64,000 nt of DNA, from the NCBI GenBank assembly GCA_963665845.2, contig OY762492.1, forward strand, positions 352,001 through 416,000. The letters run 5' to 3'. Positions 40,329 to 50,825 of the stretch are shown here, piece by piece (position 1 is the stretch's first letter; each line of letters begins with the position of its first letter). The notes beneath the pieces were generated by a model. It saw nothing but the letters and a program-made list of their open reading frames with translations, ran no database searches and was not told the origin of the DNA. The DNA is from Candidatus Poribacteria bacterium (lineage in GTDB: Bacteria > Poribacteria > WGA-4E > GCA-2687025). Made by a program: the position numbers and the translations under genes.

Positions 40329-41441
40329 ATGGCGCAAGCATACACGCCGGGTTTGACGGTCGCGCGGCGGGCGGCGGTGCGGAAGATGCGCAAGCTGCCG
40401 TTGCCGGGCGAAACGCTTGTGAAGGTCGGCGACGCGGTCGAGGCGGACTCGGTTGTCGCGCGGACAAATCTTCCAGGGGACGCGCATCCGTTGAACCTGT
40501 CGCGCGCGTTGAACGTTCCCGAATCGGATGTGGAGCGGCATCTGCTGGTGAAGCTGGGCGAGCCGTTTCAAAAAGGCGCGCTCATCGCCGAGACGAAGGG
40601 CTTTTTTGGTCTGTTTAAATCGCGCTGCGCCGCCCCCGTGGACGGCTCGCTTGAAACCGTCTCGACCGTGACGGGGCAGGCGATCCTGCGCGAACCGCCC
40701 AAGCCGCTGGAGGCGCGCGCCTATGTGAAAGGCGTTGTCGTCGAGACGCTGGAGGACGAAGGCGCCGTCGTTGAAATGGAGGGCGCGTTCATTCAGGGCA
40801 TTCTGGGCGTCGGCGGAGAAACGCATGGCGAGCTGGTCCTGGCAGCTGAACGCGGCGAGGAACTGACCGCCGAGAAGGTGTCGCCGATGCATGAAGGAAA
40901 AGTACTCATCGTCGGCGGAAGCGTCCGCGCGGACGCTCTAGAAAAGGCGGCTGAAATCGGGGCGGCGGGGATCGCGGCGGGATGCATCGACGCGGCGGAC
41001 CTGCGCGATTGCCTCGGATATGAGCTGGGAGTCGCTGTCACAGGCGCGGAAGAGATTGGGCTGACCGCCATCGTCACGGAAGGGTTTGGACGCATCGACA
41101 TGGCGGAAAAAACCTTTCAGCTGTTGACCTCGCTGGAAGGGCGCCCGGCGTCCATGAACGGCGCGACGCAGATACGCGCCGGCGTGACCCGACCGGAGAT
41201 CCTGGTTCCGATGGAGGGGGAGGGCGAAGCGTATTCGGCGTCCGCGCTGACGCTTGAGACGGGGGCGGCGGCGCGCGTCATTCGGGAGCCGCGCTTCGGC
41301 GAAACGGGCGAAATTGCGGAGCTGCCGGTTGAGCTGCAGGAGATCGAGACGGGCGCGCGGGTGCGCGTCGCGGTGGTGCGTCTGCAGAACGGCGACGAAA
41401 TCGCGCTCCCAAGAGCGAACATTGAACTGATTGGCGGCTAG
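40329..41441 (+). CDS. Hypothetical protein, probable GlmL partner
   Basis: Adjacent to glmL-like gene; VKVGDAV and APVDG barrel-sandwich-like motifs, TEGFG. Confidence 0.7.
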   Translation: MAQAYTPGLTVARRAAVRKMRKLPLPGETLVKVGDAVEADSVVARTNLPGDAHPLNLSRALNVPESDVERHLLVKLGEPFQKGALIAETKGFFGLFKSRCAAPVDGSLETVSTVTGQAILREPPKPLEARAYVKGVVVETLEDEGAVVEMEGAFIQGILGVGGETHGELVLAAERGEELTAEKVSPMHEGKVLIVGGSVRADALEKAAEIGAAGIAAGCIDAADLRDCLGYELGVAVTGAEEIGLTAIVTEGFGRIDMAEKTFQLLTSLEGRPASMNGATQIRAGVTRPEILVPMEGEGEAYSASALTLETGAAARVIREPRFGETGEIAELPVELQEIETGARVRVAVVRLQNGDEIALPRANIELIGG

Positions 41442-41468
41442 CAAGGGAAGGGACGCCCCGCCGGCGCG

Positions 41469-42581
41469 TCATTCGCTGTCTTGCGAAGTTGAACTATTCG
41501 GGCTGCTGTCCGCTTCTTTCAACGCTCCCCATGGCGCTTTTTTTTTACCCGCTGGATCAACGGAGAGAAAGCGGCTCTTGCCCGCCAAGACCCATGTTGC
41601 ATTGATTGCTGCTACGCCTTGCTTGATGAGATGAATCTCCTTCGTCTCAATATGCATGCGGTACAGCCCGCCAAGACGCCCCCCGTCCGCTTGACGAGAG
41701 TAGTGACTGTAAACAAGCCATTTGCTGTCCGGCGACCAACACTTCGGAAAATCTCCGGTGTCGTTGAAGGTGAGCCGCTGGACATTGGAGCCGTCAGGAC
41801 GCATCACATACATCTCCGCAGAATCAGGGGTTTCGCTGAAGGGAGCCTCCGGCAGATAAGACTGAAACGCGATCCATTTCCCGTCCGGCGACCATACCGC
41901 CGGCTCTGAGGAGAGCGGCATATTCGTCAGCTTGACGCGGTTTTTGCCGTCCGCCGCGTCGATCGTGTAGATGTCCCGGTACAACTCCGTGGTAGCGTCA
42001 AACGCGATTTTTTTACCGTCCGGCGACCAGTTGGGGCGCCAGTTGGAAGCGGACCGCTTACGAGTCAAATTGACCAACCTGCCGGTGTCAACGCGCAGTT
42101 TGTAGATGTCGGAGCCGCGTCCAATGCGCGCCGTGCCTGCCATCGCAAGCCATCTGCCGTCCGGCGACCAGTTGAGATGGATAAAATCCAAATCGCGCGG
42201 AAGCAGGTCATAGAGGCTCGTTTCTTTCCCCCTTTCTAAATCAAGGATGTACGGCGCATAGACTCCTTTAATGGAATCGATCGCGACGACCGCCGCCCGT
42301 TTCCCATCCAGCGACCATTGCGGCGCGAAAGACAACCCGACCTCTCTAGTTCCGCGCATCCAGAGCCGGTCGTTTTGCCCGTCCAGATCCACCAGCCGAA
42401 TCTCTTCTATGTACGGGTCGTCAACAGCTCTTGCAAAATATGAGATGGTCGGCTTGTCCAGCGTCGTCACATCCTCAAGCACTCTCGCCAACGGAGGTAC
42501 CCCGACCGCCTGCGGCGCGCTGAGCCATAGCAAAGCGGACGCCGCCGCTCCAAGACGAAGAAAGCGAACGAGAAACCGCAT
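41469..42581 (-). CDS. Secreted TolB-like (PD40) propeller with C-terminal SVDPAGKKKAPWGALKE motif
   Basis: AGGAG RBS, signal peptide, WSPDG repeats; paralog of 9001-10077. Confidence 0.87.
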   Translation of the reverse strand: MRFLVRFLRLGAAASALLWLSAPQAVGVPPLARVLEDVTTLDKPTISYFARAVDDPYIEEIRLVDLDGQNDRLWMRGTREVGLSFAPQWSLDGKRAAVVAIDSIKGVYAPYILDLERGKETSLYDLLPRDLDFIHLNWSPDGRWLAMAGTARIGRGSDIYKLRVDTGRLVNLTRKRSASNWRPNWSPDGKKIAFDATTELYRDIYTIDAADGKNRVKLTNMPLSSEPAVWSPDGKWIAFQSYLPEAPFSETPDSAEMYVMRPDGSNVQRLTFNDTGDFPKCWSPDSKWLVYSHYSRQADGGRLGGLYRMHIETKEIHLIKQGVAAINATWVLAGKSRFLSVDPAGKKKAPWGALKEADSSPNSSTSQDSE

Positions 42582-42594
42582 GGTTCTTCTCCTG

Positions 42595-43758
42595 TCATTT
42601 GAGAGCGTCAGGGAGGTTGGGGTTGAGGCTTTCTTCTTCCTTGCCTGTCGGAATCGGAAGCGGGTCCGACGCATCTGGATCGTAGAACGCTTTTTCGCTT
42701 TCCACCTCTGCAGCCTGATTGCCTTCGCCAAAATTTGTGTAGGCAAAAACATGGTACTCCTTGTCTGGTTTCAATATCTGCGGTGTGTCCATCGGCAATG
42801 GCTCGCTCTCCCAGAATGATGGCGCTGCGGAGAACAACTTATCTTTCGAAAAGTTCAATAAATCAACAGGATCTCCATTTTCATACCACCCGGCTTTGCG
42901 CCGCAATGTCAAATCATTCGGACGCCCGTCGTAATAGTATTCGATGATGTGACCGCTCGTGAAAACGTACTCGTGGTTAGGATGTTTGGAAAAACTCTCA
43001 ACCCGCGAGACCATGCGGCGCCACAGAAAACCGTAGCCGGAGAACACGGTGACAGTGATTTCGTCGTCGTCGCTGGGGAGGGGACCATTCGTGTTGATCC
43101 CGTAAACGACCGCTTCGACCTTGACAACTTTGCCGTTTCGATTGCCGCTCGAAAATGTCCATGTCAGCTCGCTTCTTAAAGCGGGGCCTGAGTCCGTTCT
43201 CTGGTATTTTCCGTCAACATACCAGTTGACGTACCAGAAGCCGACATCTGTCTCGATGGATAAGTCGAGAGAGTTGCTCCTAACGATGCGGGAGTCAGAC
43301 GTTTTCGAAAGAATGCTGATGGATTTCGACGACGACCAAGCGTTAAAGGTGATCGAATTGGACGCTGTGTTGCCGTGTAAGTCGGTCACTTTTGCCGTGA
43401 TCTTGACAGGTTTTCCTCGAGGTCCGCCGAATCCGTCGTAGGCGCGCGTAAAAGTGCTTGACAATTCGAGACCGTGCTGTATTTTAGACGGGTTTTCATC
43501 ATCGTTAATGAACCATTCGACTTTCACATAAAACCCGCGCGCCCTGACCGTTGTTGTGTGCATATAGCTTTCAATGACCTCTTCCTCAGACACCGTCATT
43601 GTTAAGGGCCCAAGAGCGGCGCTCGGTTGCGCGCAGACGAAGAAAACGCCCGACGCCGCAACGAGGAAGATCAGAGCGGCTTCAGTCAGCCGACTGACGC
43701 GAGAAGGGGGTCCAGCGGACACATCATGACGGTCGGTTCGTCCGAGAAGCGCGAACAT
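42595..43758 (-). CDS. Secreted beta-rich (Ig-like) hypothetical protein; start uncertain
   Basis: Hydrophobic signal then two similar modules (VEWFIND / VNWYVDG); lower GC than flanks. Confidence 0.6.
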   Translation of the reverse strand: MFALLGRTDRHDVSAGPPSRVSRLTEAALIFLVAASGVFFVCAQPSAALGPLTMTVSEEEVIESYMHTTTVRARGFYVKVEWFINDDENPSKIQHGLELSSTFTRAYDGFGGPRGKPVKITAKVTDLHGNTASNSITFNAWSSSKSISILSKTSDSRIVRSNSLDLSIETDVGFWYVNWYVDGKYQRTDSGPALRSELTWTFSSGNRNGKVVKVEAVVYGINTNGPLPSDDDEITVTVFSGYGFLWRRMVSRVESFSKHPNHEYVFTSGHIIEYYYDGRPNDLTLRRKAGWYENGDPVDLLNFSKDKLFSAAPSFWESEPLPMDTPQILKPDKEYHVFAYTNFGEGNQAAEVESEKAFYDPDASDPLPIPTGKEEESLNPNLPDALK

Positions 43759-43973
43759 GAGTTTTTCAGGCGTTTCATTTGATCGTCGTACTTTTCGGCG
43801 TTTGACTTTGGATGCATACGGCTCATCCGTCTGTACATATCCTGCCATAAGTTGTTCTCCCGTGTCAACGTCTTTCAATGCGAGCGAATCAAGCCGCGTT
43901 TGCCGTTCAGCCGTCGGCGCTGTATCATATATGCAGCGAATCGCAGCCCGAAGCTTCAAACGAAAGAGCGTTC

Positions 43974-45101
43974 TTGTTAGCAGCTTTTGACGCCCATTTG
44001 ACCCAGCGCGTCGTCTTCGGAGACGGCGCCGTCTCGCAGCTCGGCAGCCTCGTCAAAGAAATGGGGGCGCGGCGCATCCTGCTCGTCTCCGACATGGGCA
44101 TCGTCCAGGCGGGCATACTCCACAGAGCGCAGGATTCCTTAGACAAATCGAAGATCGAACATGCCGACTTCAAAGAAACGGAGCCGAATCCCGAAGCCTG
44201 TCAAGTGGAGCGCGCCGCGCAATTCGCGCGCGACGCCGGCCCCTTCGACCTGATTGCCGCCGTCGGCGGCGGAAGCGTTATGGACTGCGCAAAGGGGGTC
44301 AACTTTCTGCTCGCCAACGGCGGAACGATGCGCGATTACTGGGGCTTCGGCAAAGCGAATAAGCCGATGCTCCCCTCCATCGGCGTCCCGACCACCGCCG
44401 GAACCGGCAGCGAGGCGCAGTCGTACGCGATCATCTCGGACGACAAAACGAAACGCAAGATGGCATGCGGCGACCCGAAGGCGCGCTTCCATGCCGTCAT
44501 CCTGGACCCGTCCCTCGCCGCGAGCGCGCCTAGGGGCGTCTCTGCCGCCGCGGGAATCGACGCCGTCTCCCATGCGCTTGAAAGCTATGTTTGCTTGCGC
44601 CGCAATCCGCTGTCGCAGATGTATTCGCGCGAGGCATGGCGGCTCATGGAAAAAAACCTTGAAACGGCGCTTGCCGACCCGTCCAACATACAGGCGCGCG
44701 CGGGAACGCTTCTCGGCGCGTATTACGCCGGCATGGGCATCGAACTCTCCATGCTCGGCGCCGCGCATGCGATGGCGAATCCGCTCACGGCGCGGTATCG
44801 GATCGCGCACGGGGAGGCCGTCGCTTTGACACTTCCGCCCGTCATCCGCCACAACCGGCAAACCGCCGGCGATCTTTACGACGAGCTGGCGCAGACGGCG
44901 GGCATCGCTTGCCCCGTTGAGGAGCGTTTTTTGGAATTGCGAGCCGCCGCGCAGCTGACGGAACGGCTGCGCGACCGAGGCATACCTTCAGCCGACCTGC
45001 CTGACCTTGCCGCCCGCGCGGCAGAAGAGTGGACAGCCAACTTCAACCCGCATCCCGTCGATTCGACCTCGCTGCGCTGTCTCTATGAACAAGCGTATTA
45101 A
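43974..45101 (+). CDS. Iron-containing alcohol dehydrogenase
   Basis: GGGSVMDCAK, PTTAGTGSE, DAVSHALE, HAMANPL, HGEA; TTG start inferred. Confidence 0.9.
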   Translation: MLAAFDAHLTQRVVFGDGAVSQLGSLVKEMGARRILLVSDMGIVQAGILHRAQDSLDKSKIEHADFKETEPNPEACQVERAAQFARDAGPFDLIAAVGGGSVMDCAKGVNFLLANGGTMRDYWGFGKANKPMLPSIGVPTTAGTGSEAQSYAIISDDKTKRKMACGDPKARFHAVILDPSLAASAPRGVSAAAGIDAVSHALESYVCLRRNPLSQMYSREAWRLMEKNLETALADPSNIQARAGTLLGAYYAGMGIELSMLGAAHAMANPLTARYRIAHGEAVALTLPPVIRHNRQTAGDLYDELAQTAGIACPVEERFLELRAAAQLTERLRDRGIPSADLPDLAARAAEEWTANFNPHPVDSTSLRCLYEQAY

Positions 45102-46233
45102 ACAGCAGGCAAACGCGCTTCTGGCGCTTCTCTTCTTGACGCTGTCGGCGTCCGCGGAGGAGAGCAAAGACAGCTGGCTCAACTTTCGAGGCGGACCGCA
45201 ATTAAAAGGAGCCGCCCAAAGCGAACTGCCCGATCAACTGGAGCGGATCTGGACATTCATGACGAAAGGAAGCGTTGAATCGACCGCGGCGATCCATGAC
45301 GGAACGGTCTATGTCGGCTCCGGCGATGGCAAACTGTACGCGCTTCATCTTTCGGACGGTACCGAAAAATGGCATTTTGACGCGGGCAGCCCCGTCAACT
45401 CCTCCCCGACCTACCATGAAGGCGCGCTCTATTTCGGCAGCGAGGAGGGCCTCTTTTTTGCCGTCCATGCCGAGAGCGGCGGAGAGATATGGCGCGTTGA
45501 AACGGCGGGCGAGATCTACTCCGGCGCGCTTGTCGTGAAAGAGCGCGTCCTCTTTGGATCGTACGACGGATACCTGCGCGGCGTCTCCATTGAAAACGGC
45601 GACGAAATTTGGAAAGTAGAAACGGACAATTACATCCATGCCAGCCCCGCGTCTTCTGATCTGGGCGCGGTCGTCGCGGGCTGCGACGGCGTCCTGCGCG
45701 CCGTGGATCCGATCACCGGCGCGGAAACACTGAACCTGAACCTGGAAGATTACATCGGCTCCAGCGCCGCAGTGGACGGAAAGACCGCCTTTCTCGCCTC
45801 TTACGGCGCGCGCGCTCTCGCCGTCGATCTGGAGAAAGCGGACATTCTTTGGGAATACCAACATCCGACGCGCCAGTTTCCGTTCCTCGCCTCCGGCGCC
45901 TTGACCGATAAACTATATATCGTCGGCGGACGCGACAAGACGATGCATGCCATCGACCGCAAGACTGGACAGCCTGTATGGACGAAACCTGTCGGCTCCA
46001 AGATCGACTCCTCGCCTGTGACGGCGGGCGGGCGCGTCTTTTTTGGAACGGCGGGCGGCGAATTAACGGCGCTGCGTTTGACAGACGGCGAGATGGTGTG
46101 GCAATATGAAATTGGCGCCGACATCGCCGCTTCGCCGAGCGTCGCGTCCAATAAACTGGTCATCGGCGCCGACGACGGCGTCGTCTACTGCTTTGGAAGC
46201 TTAAAAAATGAAGGAAACTCTGAATATCGTTAA
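45085..46233 (+). CDS. Secreted PQQ-type beta-propeller protein
   Basis: Signal peptide, W..FRG; repeated YAL...G...W blades with SSP. Confidence 0.85.
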   Translation: MNKRIKQQANALLALLFLTLSASAEESKDSWLNFRGGPQLKGAAQSELPDQLERIWTFMTKGSVESTAAIHDGTVYVGSGDGKLYALHLSDGTEKWHFDAGSPVNSSPTYHEGALYFGSEEGLFFAVHAESGGEIWRVETAGEIYSGALVVKERVLFGSYDGYLRGVSIENGDEIWKVETDNYIHASPASSDLGAVVAGCDGVLRAVDPITGAETLNLNLEDYIGSSAAVDGKTAFLASYGARALAVDLEKADILWEYQHPTRQFPFLASGALTDKLYIVGGRDKTMHAIDRKTGQPVWTKPVGSKIDSSPVTAGGRVFFGTAGGELTALRLTDGEMVWQYEIGADIAASPSVASNKLVIGADDGVVYCFGSLKNEGNSEYR

Positions 46234-47569
46234 GCCGGAACCGGCGACCACGCGGCTCGATTCCAAAACAACGGACATCGGCAGCGTCTTCGTCTCGAAC
46301 TATCCGCCGTATTCGTTTTGGAACGCGGACGCCGTTTCAGAAGCGCATGCCGTTCTGAACGCGCCGCCGCCTGAGGACGCGCCCGCGCCGCTTCTCGGCC
46401 TCTACATGCATATCCCGTTCTGCCGTAAGCGGTGCAAGTTCTGCTACTTCCGCGTTTATACCGACAAAAACGCGCGGGATATTGAAACCTACACGAACGC
46501 GCTGGCGGCTGAAGTCGAGACCTACGCCGCGCTTCCGCGCATCGAGAACCGACCGCTTCATTTTGTGTATTTCGGCGGAGGGACGCCTTCTTACATCAGC
46601 TCGCGCCATTTGAAGCAGCTGACGGATCGGGTCAAGGCGGTCATGCCGTGGGACAAAGCGGAGGAGGTCGCTTTTGAATGCGAGCCAGGGACGCTGACGC
46701 AATCGAAGGTCGCCGCGATCAAGGATATTGGCGTTACGAGGTTGAGCCTCGGCGTTGAAAACCTGAACGACGACATCCTGCGCGAAAACGGACGCGCGCA
46801 CATCTCTAAAGAGGTGTACCGCGTCATGCCCTGGGTTCTGGACGCGCAGTTTGACCAGCTGAACGTCGACCTCATCGCGGGGATGATTGGGGAAACCTGG
46901 GAGAACTGGCGCGATACGGTTCAAAAAACCATCGATCTGAACGCGGACAGCGTGACGGTTTATCAGCTGGAGCTGCCGCACAACACGGTCTATTCGCGCG
47001 ATCTCAAAACGGGCGAAATGGTGGAGACGGCGGTCGCCACATGGGACGAGAAGCGGGAATGGCACGCTCACGCTTTTGAGCAGTTTTGCGCCGCCGGGTA
47101 TGAGATTTCCAGCGCCTATACGGTCATCAAAAAAGAGAACGCGCATGGGTTCGTTTATCGGGACGCGGTCTGGACAGGGCAAGACCTGATGGGCGCGGGC
47201 GTCGCGTCTTTCTCGCATGTCGGCGGCGTTCATTTTCAGAATGCGCCGCACTGGGACGGGTATCTGGAGCCGGCGGCGGAAGGACGGCTGCCGATTCAGC
47301 GCGCCTTCAAGCCGACCGAGGAGGAGCGGGTCGCGCGGCAGATGATTCTTCAGCTGAAACTGGGACAGCTGGAGGCGCAGCCGTTCCGCGACCAGTTCGG
47401 CGTCGACATCATTGAACGCAACCGAGAGCCGCTAGAACGGCTGCGCGAGGAAGGCATGCTGGAATTCGACACGGAGCGAATCCAGCTGACGCATGCGGGC
47501 TTCCTGCGCGTCGACCAGCTGTTGCCGGAGTTTTACGCCGAAAAATACCGCAACTCGCGCTACACCTGA
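46208..47569 (+). CDS. HemN-like radical SAM enzyme (possible class C methyltransferase)
   Basis: YMHIPFCRKRCKFC, YFGGGTPS, RLSLGV, NVDLI. Confidence 0.88.
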   Translation: MKETLNIVKPEPATTRLDSKTTDIGSVFVSNYPPYSFWNADAVSEAHAVLNAPPPEDAPAPLLGLYMHIPFCRKRCKFCYFRVYTDKNARDIETYTNALAAEVETYAALPRIENRPLHFVYFGGGTPSYISSRHLKQLTDRVKAVMPWDKAEEVAFECEPGTLTQSKVAAIKDIGVTRLSLGVENLNDDILRENGRAHISKEVYRVMPWVLDAQFDQLNVDLIAGMIGETWENWRDTVQKTIDLNADSVTVYQLELPHNTVYSRDLKTGEMVETAVATWDEKREWHAHAFEQFCAAGYEISSAYTVIKKENAHGFVYRDAVWTGQDLMGAGVASFSHVGGVHFQNAPHWDGYLEPAAEGRLPIQRAFKPTEEERVARQMILQLKLGQLEAQPFRDQFGVDIIERNREPLERLREEGMLEFDTERIQLTHAGFLRVDQLLPEFYAEKYRNSRYT

Positions 47570-48813
47570 TCAACCGCCGAAGCGGAGCGGAGAAAGGCGT
47601 TCAAGCCTGTGAGCGCCGTTTCCACTTCGTCCGTATAAACATATCCGCTCAATATGTCGGCGACGCCCATTCGGCATTCGGGGCGCTCCGTGAGGAAACG
47701 GGAGAAGCTGAACTCTTTCATGTAAAAGGCGTAGATCAGCTGGCGAAACGCTTCCATCCCTTCGTCCAGTTTCGCGCCGAACGCGCCGAGGCGTTCGGCG
47801 GAGAGATCGCCCGTTTGAATCGCGTCAACCGCCGCGTCCGCCGCCCATTCGCCCGACTGCAGCGCCAGATAGACGCCGGACGAGTAGATCGGGTCAAGAA
47901 AGCCGTATGCGTCTCCGATCAACACCCAGCCTGGACCGGCAATCTGACTGGAGCGGTAGGAAAAATCTTTCGTCGTCTTCATCGGAAAGGCTTGTCGGGA
48001 ACCGTTCAGCCGTTCTTGCAGCGGCTTGCACTTTTCTAATTCGCGCTGAAAAATCTGCTCGGCGCTCAAGGAGCGGTCGCTGAAAAGATCGTCGATGGAA
48101 CCGACGGCGCCGACGCTCACATGATCGCGCGGCAGCGGAATATACCAGAACCAGGAATCTTTGCCGCGCGCGCTGAGAATCAACGTCGCTCCTTCGTCAA
48201 TACCTTCATCCCGATGCGCGCCGATAAAATGCGTGTACACCGCCGCCTTGCGCAGCCGCGGATCTGGTTCGCAGATCTTCATACGGCGCGGCGTCAAGGC
48301 GCTTTGCCCCGTCGCGTCCATGAGAACCTTTGAACCTATCTCCGTTTCCTCTCCGTTCGGGAGCTTCGCGCGGACGCCGACAGCGCGTTCGCCGTCAAAA
48401 AGGGCGTTCAAAACACGCGCCCCTTGTACGACGCATGCGCCTTTCTCGACAGCGTTTTGAAGCAGCATTTCGTCAAAATCGGCGCGAAGAACCTGCCACG
48501 TTACGGACTGGTCGCCGGGTCGGCTTTCAAAAAAATAGAACGGGCGGGACGCTTTCCCGGAACTGGAGAAAAACTGAACGCTGTATTTACGGGGAAACTC
48601 CGCCGCGTTCAGCTTCTCCACCATGCCGAGGCGTTTTAATGTGGCGTAGGTGCCTGGTATGAGCGATTCGCCCACTTTGAAGGTTGGCTGTTGAGAGCGC
48701 TCCAGCAGCAGCGTTTGAACGCCCGCTTCAGCCGCCAGCGCCGCCGCGGTGGAACCTGCCGGCCCGCCGCCGGCGACAATCAGATCGTACCTGTTTTCGA
48801 TGGGCGTGTTCAT
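47560..48813 (-). CDS. Flavin-dependent halogenase-like oxidoreductase
   Basis: GGGPAG, KVGES, FPRKYS (catalytic-Lys position), WFWYIP (WxWxIP), GDAYGFLDPIYSSGV. Confidence 0.82.
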   Translation of the reverse strand: MNTPIENRYDLIVAGGGPAGSTAAALAAEAGVQTLLLERSQQPTFKVGESLIPGTYATLKRLGMVEKLNAAEFPRKYSVQFFSSSGKASRPFYFFESRPGDQSVTWQVLRADFDEMLLQNAVEKGACVVQGARVLNALFDGERAVGVRAKLPNGEETEIGSKVLMDATGQSALTPRRMKICEPDPRLRKAAVYTHFIGAHRDEGIDEGATLILSARGKDSWFWYIPLPRDHVSVGAVGSIDDLFSDRSLSAEQIFQRELEKCKPLQERLNGSRQAFPMKTTKDFSYRSSQIAGPGWVLIGDAYGFLDPIYSSGVYLALQSGEWAADAAVDAIQTGDLSAERLGAFGAKLDEGMEAFRQLIYAFYMKEFSFSRFLTERPECRMGVADILSGYVYTDEVETALTGLNAFLRSASAVDQV

Positions 48814-50054
48814 GTTGTCTCCGCGCGTTTATCCGTTACGCGGCGCGCCTTCAACTCAAAGCGGGGCAGTTCTCCCGCCGCCGCCCGCTCCACTGCCGCG
48901 CTCAATCCCAAGGCGGAGCGGAACGCATGACCTATTTTTTCAAGCGTCTCTCCGCCCCCTTCTTTCAGCTCAACGCGCAGCGTTACAACGTCCAACGCGC
49001 CTGGGCGGCTGACCTCCACCGCATACTCTGCAACCTGCGGAAAACGGCGGACGACCGCCTCGATAGAGCTTGGAAAGACGACGACGCCGCGTATCAAAAG
49101 CGCGTCGTCCACCCGCCCGACGACGCCGCCGTCCAGCCTACGGGAGCCGTCTTCCTTCAACCAGCGGACATGATCGCCTGTGCGGTAACGGATGATCGGC
49201 ATGCCGATGCGCCCAAGGTTCGTTACGATCAGCTCGCCTTCGTTTGCCTGCTCCCCTGTTTCTGGATCGATGATCTCAAAGATGAACTCCGCCTCGTTCA
49301 GACGCATTCCCGCTTCCGCCTCGCTGGTGTAGCCCCATGCGCCGACCTCCGTCGCGCCGGCGTGGTCAAAACATTTGGCGCCCCATGCCGTTTCAATCGC
49401 CTTTTTCGCGGCAGGGATGGAGGCGCCCGGCTCTCCCGCGTGTATCGTTGCGCGGACGGCGGACGAGGCGATGTCCATGCCGCCCGCTTCGGCGACTTCA
49501 GCCAAACGCAGCGCATAGGTGGGCGTCGAGATTAAAACGGTCGCTTCGTTGGAGAGAATCGCGTCGATGCGCTGTTCGGAGGACATCGCGCCGCCGGGCA
49601 GCGCCAGCGCGCCGATGCGCCGCGCGCCCTCATACGCGCTCCAAAACCCGATGAACGGCCCAAACGAAAAGGCGAAAAAGACGCGGTCATGGCGCGTCAC
49701 GCCGGCGGCGCGGTACACCTCCGCCCAGCAGTCGCCCCACCAGTTCCAGCTCTCTTCGGTGTCAAGCCAGCGCAGCGGCCGCCCCGTTGTGCCGGAGGTT
49801 TTATGAATGCGGATATACGCATCGGGCGCGTAAGTCAGATTCGTTCCGTAGGGCGGATGTTGAATCTGGTCGTCTGACAGCTCCGTTTTTTCGGTGAAGG
49901 GAAGTTGTCGGTACGCCTCCATCGAGTCGACGCGCGCGTCCGCGCCAAGCTTGCGCTTGTAAAAGGCGTTCGACGGCAAAATGCGCTCAAGAGCGGCGTT
50001 CAGCCGTTTCAGTTGACGCCGTTCAATGTCATCCCTGCCGCGCAGTTCAGTCAT
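48810..50054 (-). CDS. Phenylacetate-CoA ligase (PaaK)-family aryl-CoA ligase
   Basis: KTSGTTGRP, AGEPG, HAGATE, RYRTGD, GRVDD. Confidence 0.88.
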   Translation of the reverse strand: MTELRGRDDIERRQLKRLNAALERILPSNAFYKRKLGADARVDSMEAYRQLPFTEKTELSDDQIQHPPYGTNLTYAPDAYIRIHKTSGTTGRPLRWLDTEESWNWWGDCWAEVYRAAGVTRHDRVFFAFSFGPFIGFWSAYEGARRIGALALPGGAMSSEQRIDAILSNEATVLISTPTYALRLAEVAEAGGMDIASSAVRATIHAGEPGASIPAAKKAIETAWGAKCFDHAGATEVGAWGYTSEAEAGMRLNEAEFIFEIIDPETGEQANEGELIVTNLGRIGMPIIRYRTGDHVRWLKEDGSRRLDGGVVGRVDDALLIRGVVVFPSSIEAVVRRFPQVAEYAVEVSRPGALDVVTLRVELKEGGGETLEKIGHAFRSALGLSAAVERAAAGELPRFELKARRVTDKRAETT

Positions 50055-50611
50055 GGAGATTCAGCGAGATTCAGCGGAAACCGTTCAACAATCACCATGA
50101 GCGGCCGTCCTCGGTTGATCATGCGGTAGGAGCGGCAGATATGCGGATCATGGGGGTTCTCCATGCCGGGGGAAGGGGGCGCGTCCGCCGGCTCCATGCC
50201 ATGCCAGAGCAGCTCGCGGTAGGTCTCGGCGCGGTTCTGCCGAAGCAGCCGTCCAAGCGATTCCTCCGCGCCCTCCACGCCCGTCAACAAAGCCCCCTCA
50301 AGCCTCTCCGGCGCGATGAGCGACGTTCCATAGGCGTACACCGCGCCGGTCTTTGCGCCTTTCAATAACACATCCCGCGCCATGACGCTCGCCCCGCTCT
50401 CCGCCTCAAGCCAGCGATGCGGCTGCGTCAAGACGCGCCGTTTTTGGCTTAAGCATGTTACGTCAACCCGCTCCGCCGTGTACGCCTCGATGAACTGCGT
50501 CACCGTTCCGTCGATGACAAGCAGCGCGCGCTGAAACGGCGTCAAGGCGTCCGCGTCCAGATCGCAGAGACCGTCAGGGCGCGATTCTTGGGCGATAAAC
50601 AGCGCGTTCAT
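50051..50611 (-). CDS. Chorismate pyruvate-lyase-like protein (UbiC/Rv2949c-type)
   Basis: LLVIDGTVTQFIEAY, RDVLL, SLGRLL, RSY....GRPLMVIVERFP. Confidence 0.78.
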   Translation of the reverse strand: MNALFIAQESRPDGLCDLDADALTPFQRALLVIDGTVTQFIEAYTAERVDVTCLSQKRRVLTQPHRWLEAESGASVMARDVLLKGAKTGAVYAYGTSLIAPERLEGALLTGVEGAEESLGRLLRQNRAETYRELLWHGMEPADAPPSPGMENPHDPHICRSYRMINRGRPLMVIVERFPLNLAESP

Positions 50612-50657
50612 GCGGCGCGCGGGAAACGTATGCGACGTTGACTTAGCATCTCAATTG

Positions 50658-50825
50658 CTGACTTTACGTCTTTAGTTGGAACAAGCCGGCGGGCGAACCC
50701 GGACGGTTTCGGCGGCGCCCCTAGATTCCCGCTTACGCGGGAATGACGGTCTGGTTGGCTGCGCTTTTTTCCCATGAGTAAGGGCTTTATTCGTCCAAAT
50801 GTCCCAACTTTACACATGAGGTTGG
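50658..50825 (+). mobile_element. Full-length family-A MITE-like element with REP (50724-50747)
   Basis: Flanked by TCAATTG direct repeats (50651-50657, 50826-50832); homologous to 2132-2312. Confidence 0.75.

Noticed and set aside
45085-46233. bamB
   Set aside because: No lipobox and no bam/der context; only a generic PQQ-type propeller can be supported
46208-47569. hemN/hemW as a heme pathway gene
   Set aside because: The family is functionally diverse and the context has no heme genes, so no symbol was assigned
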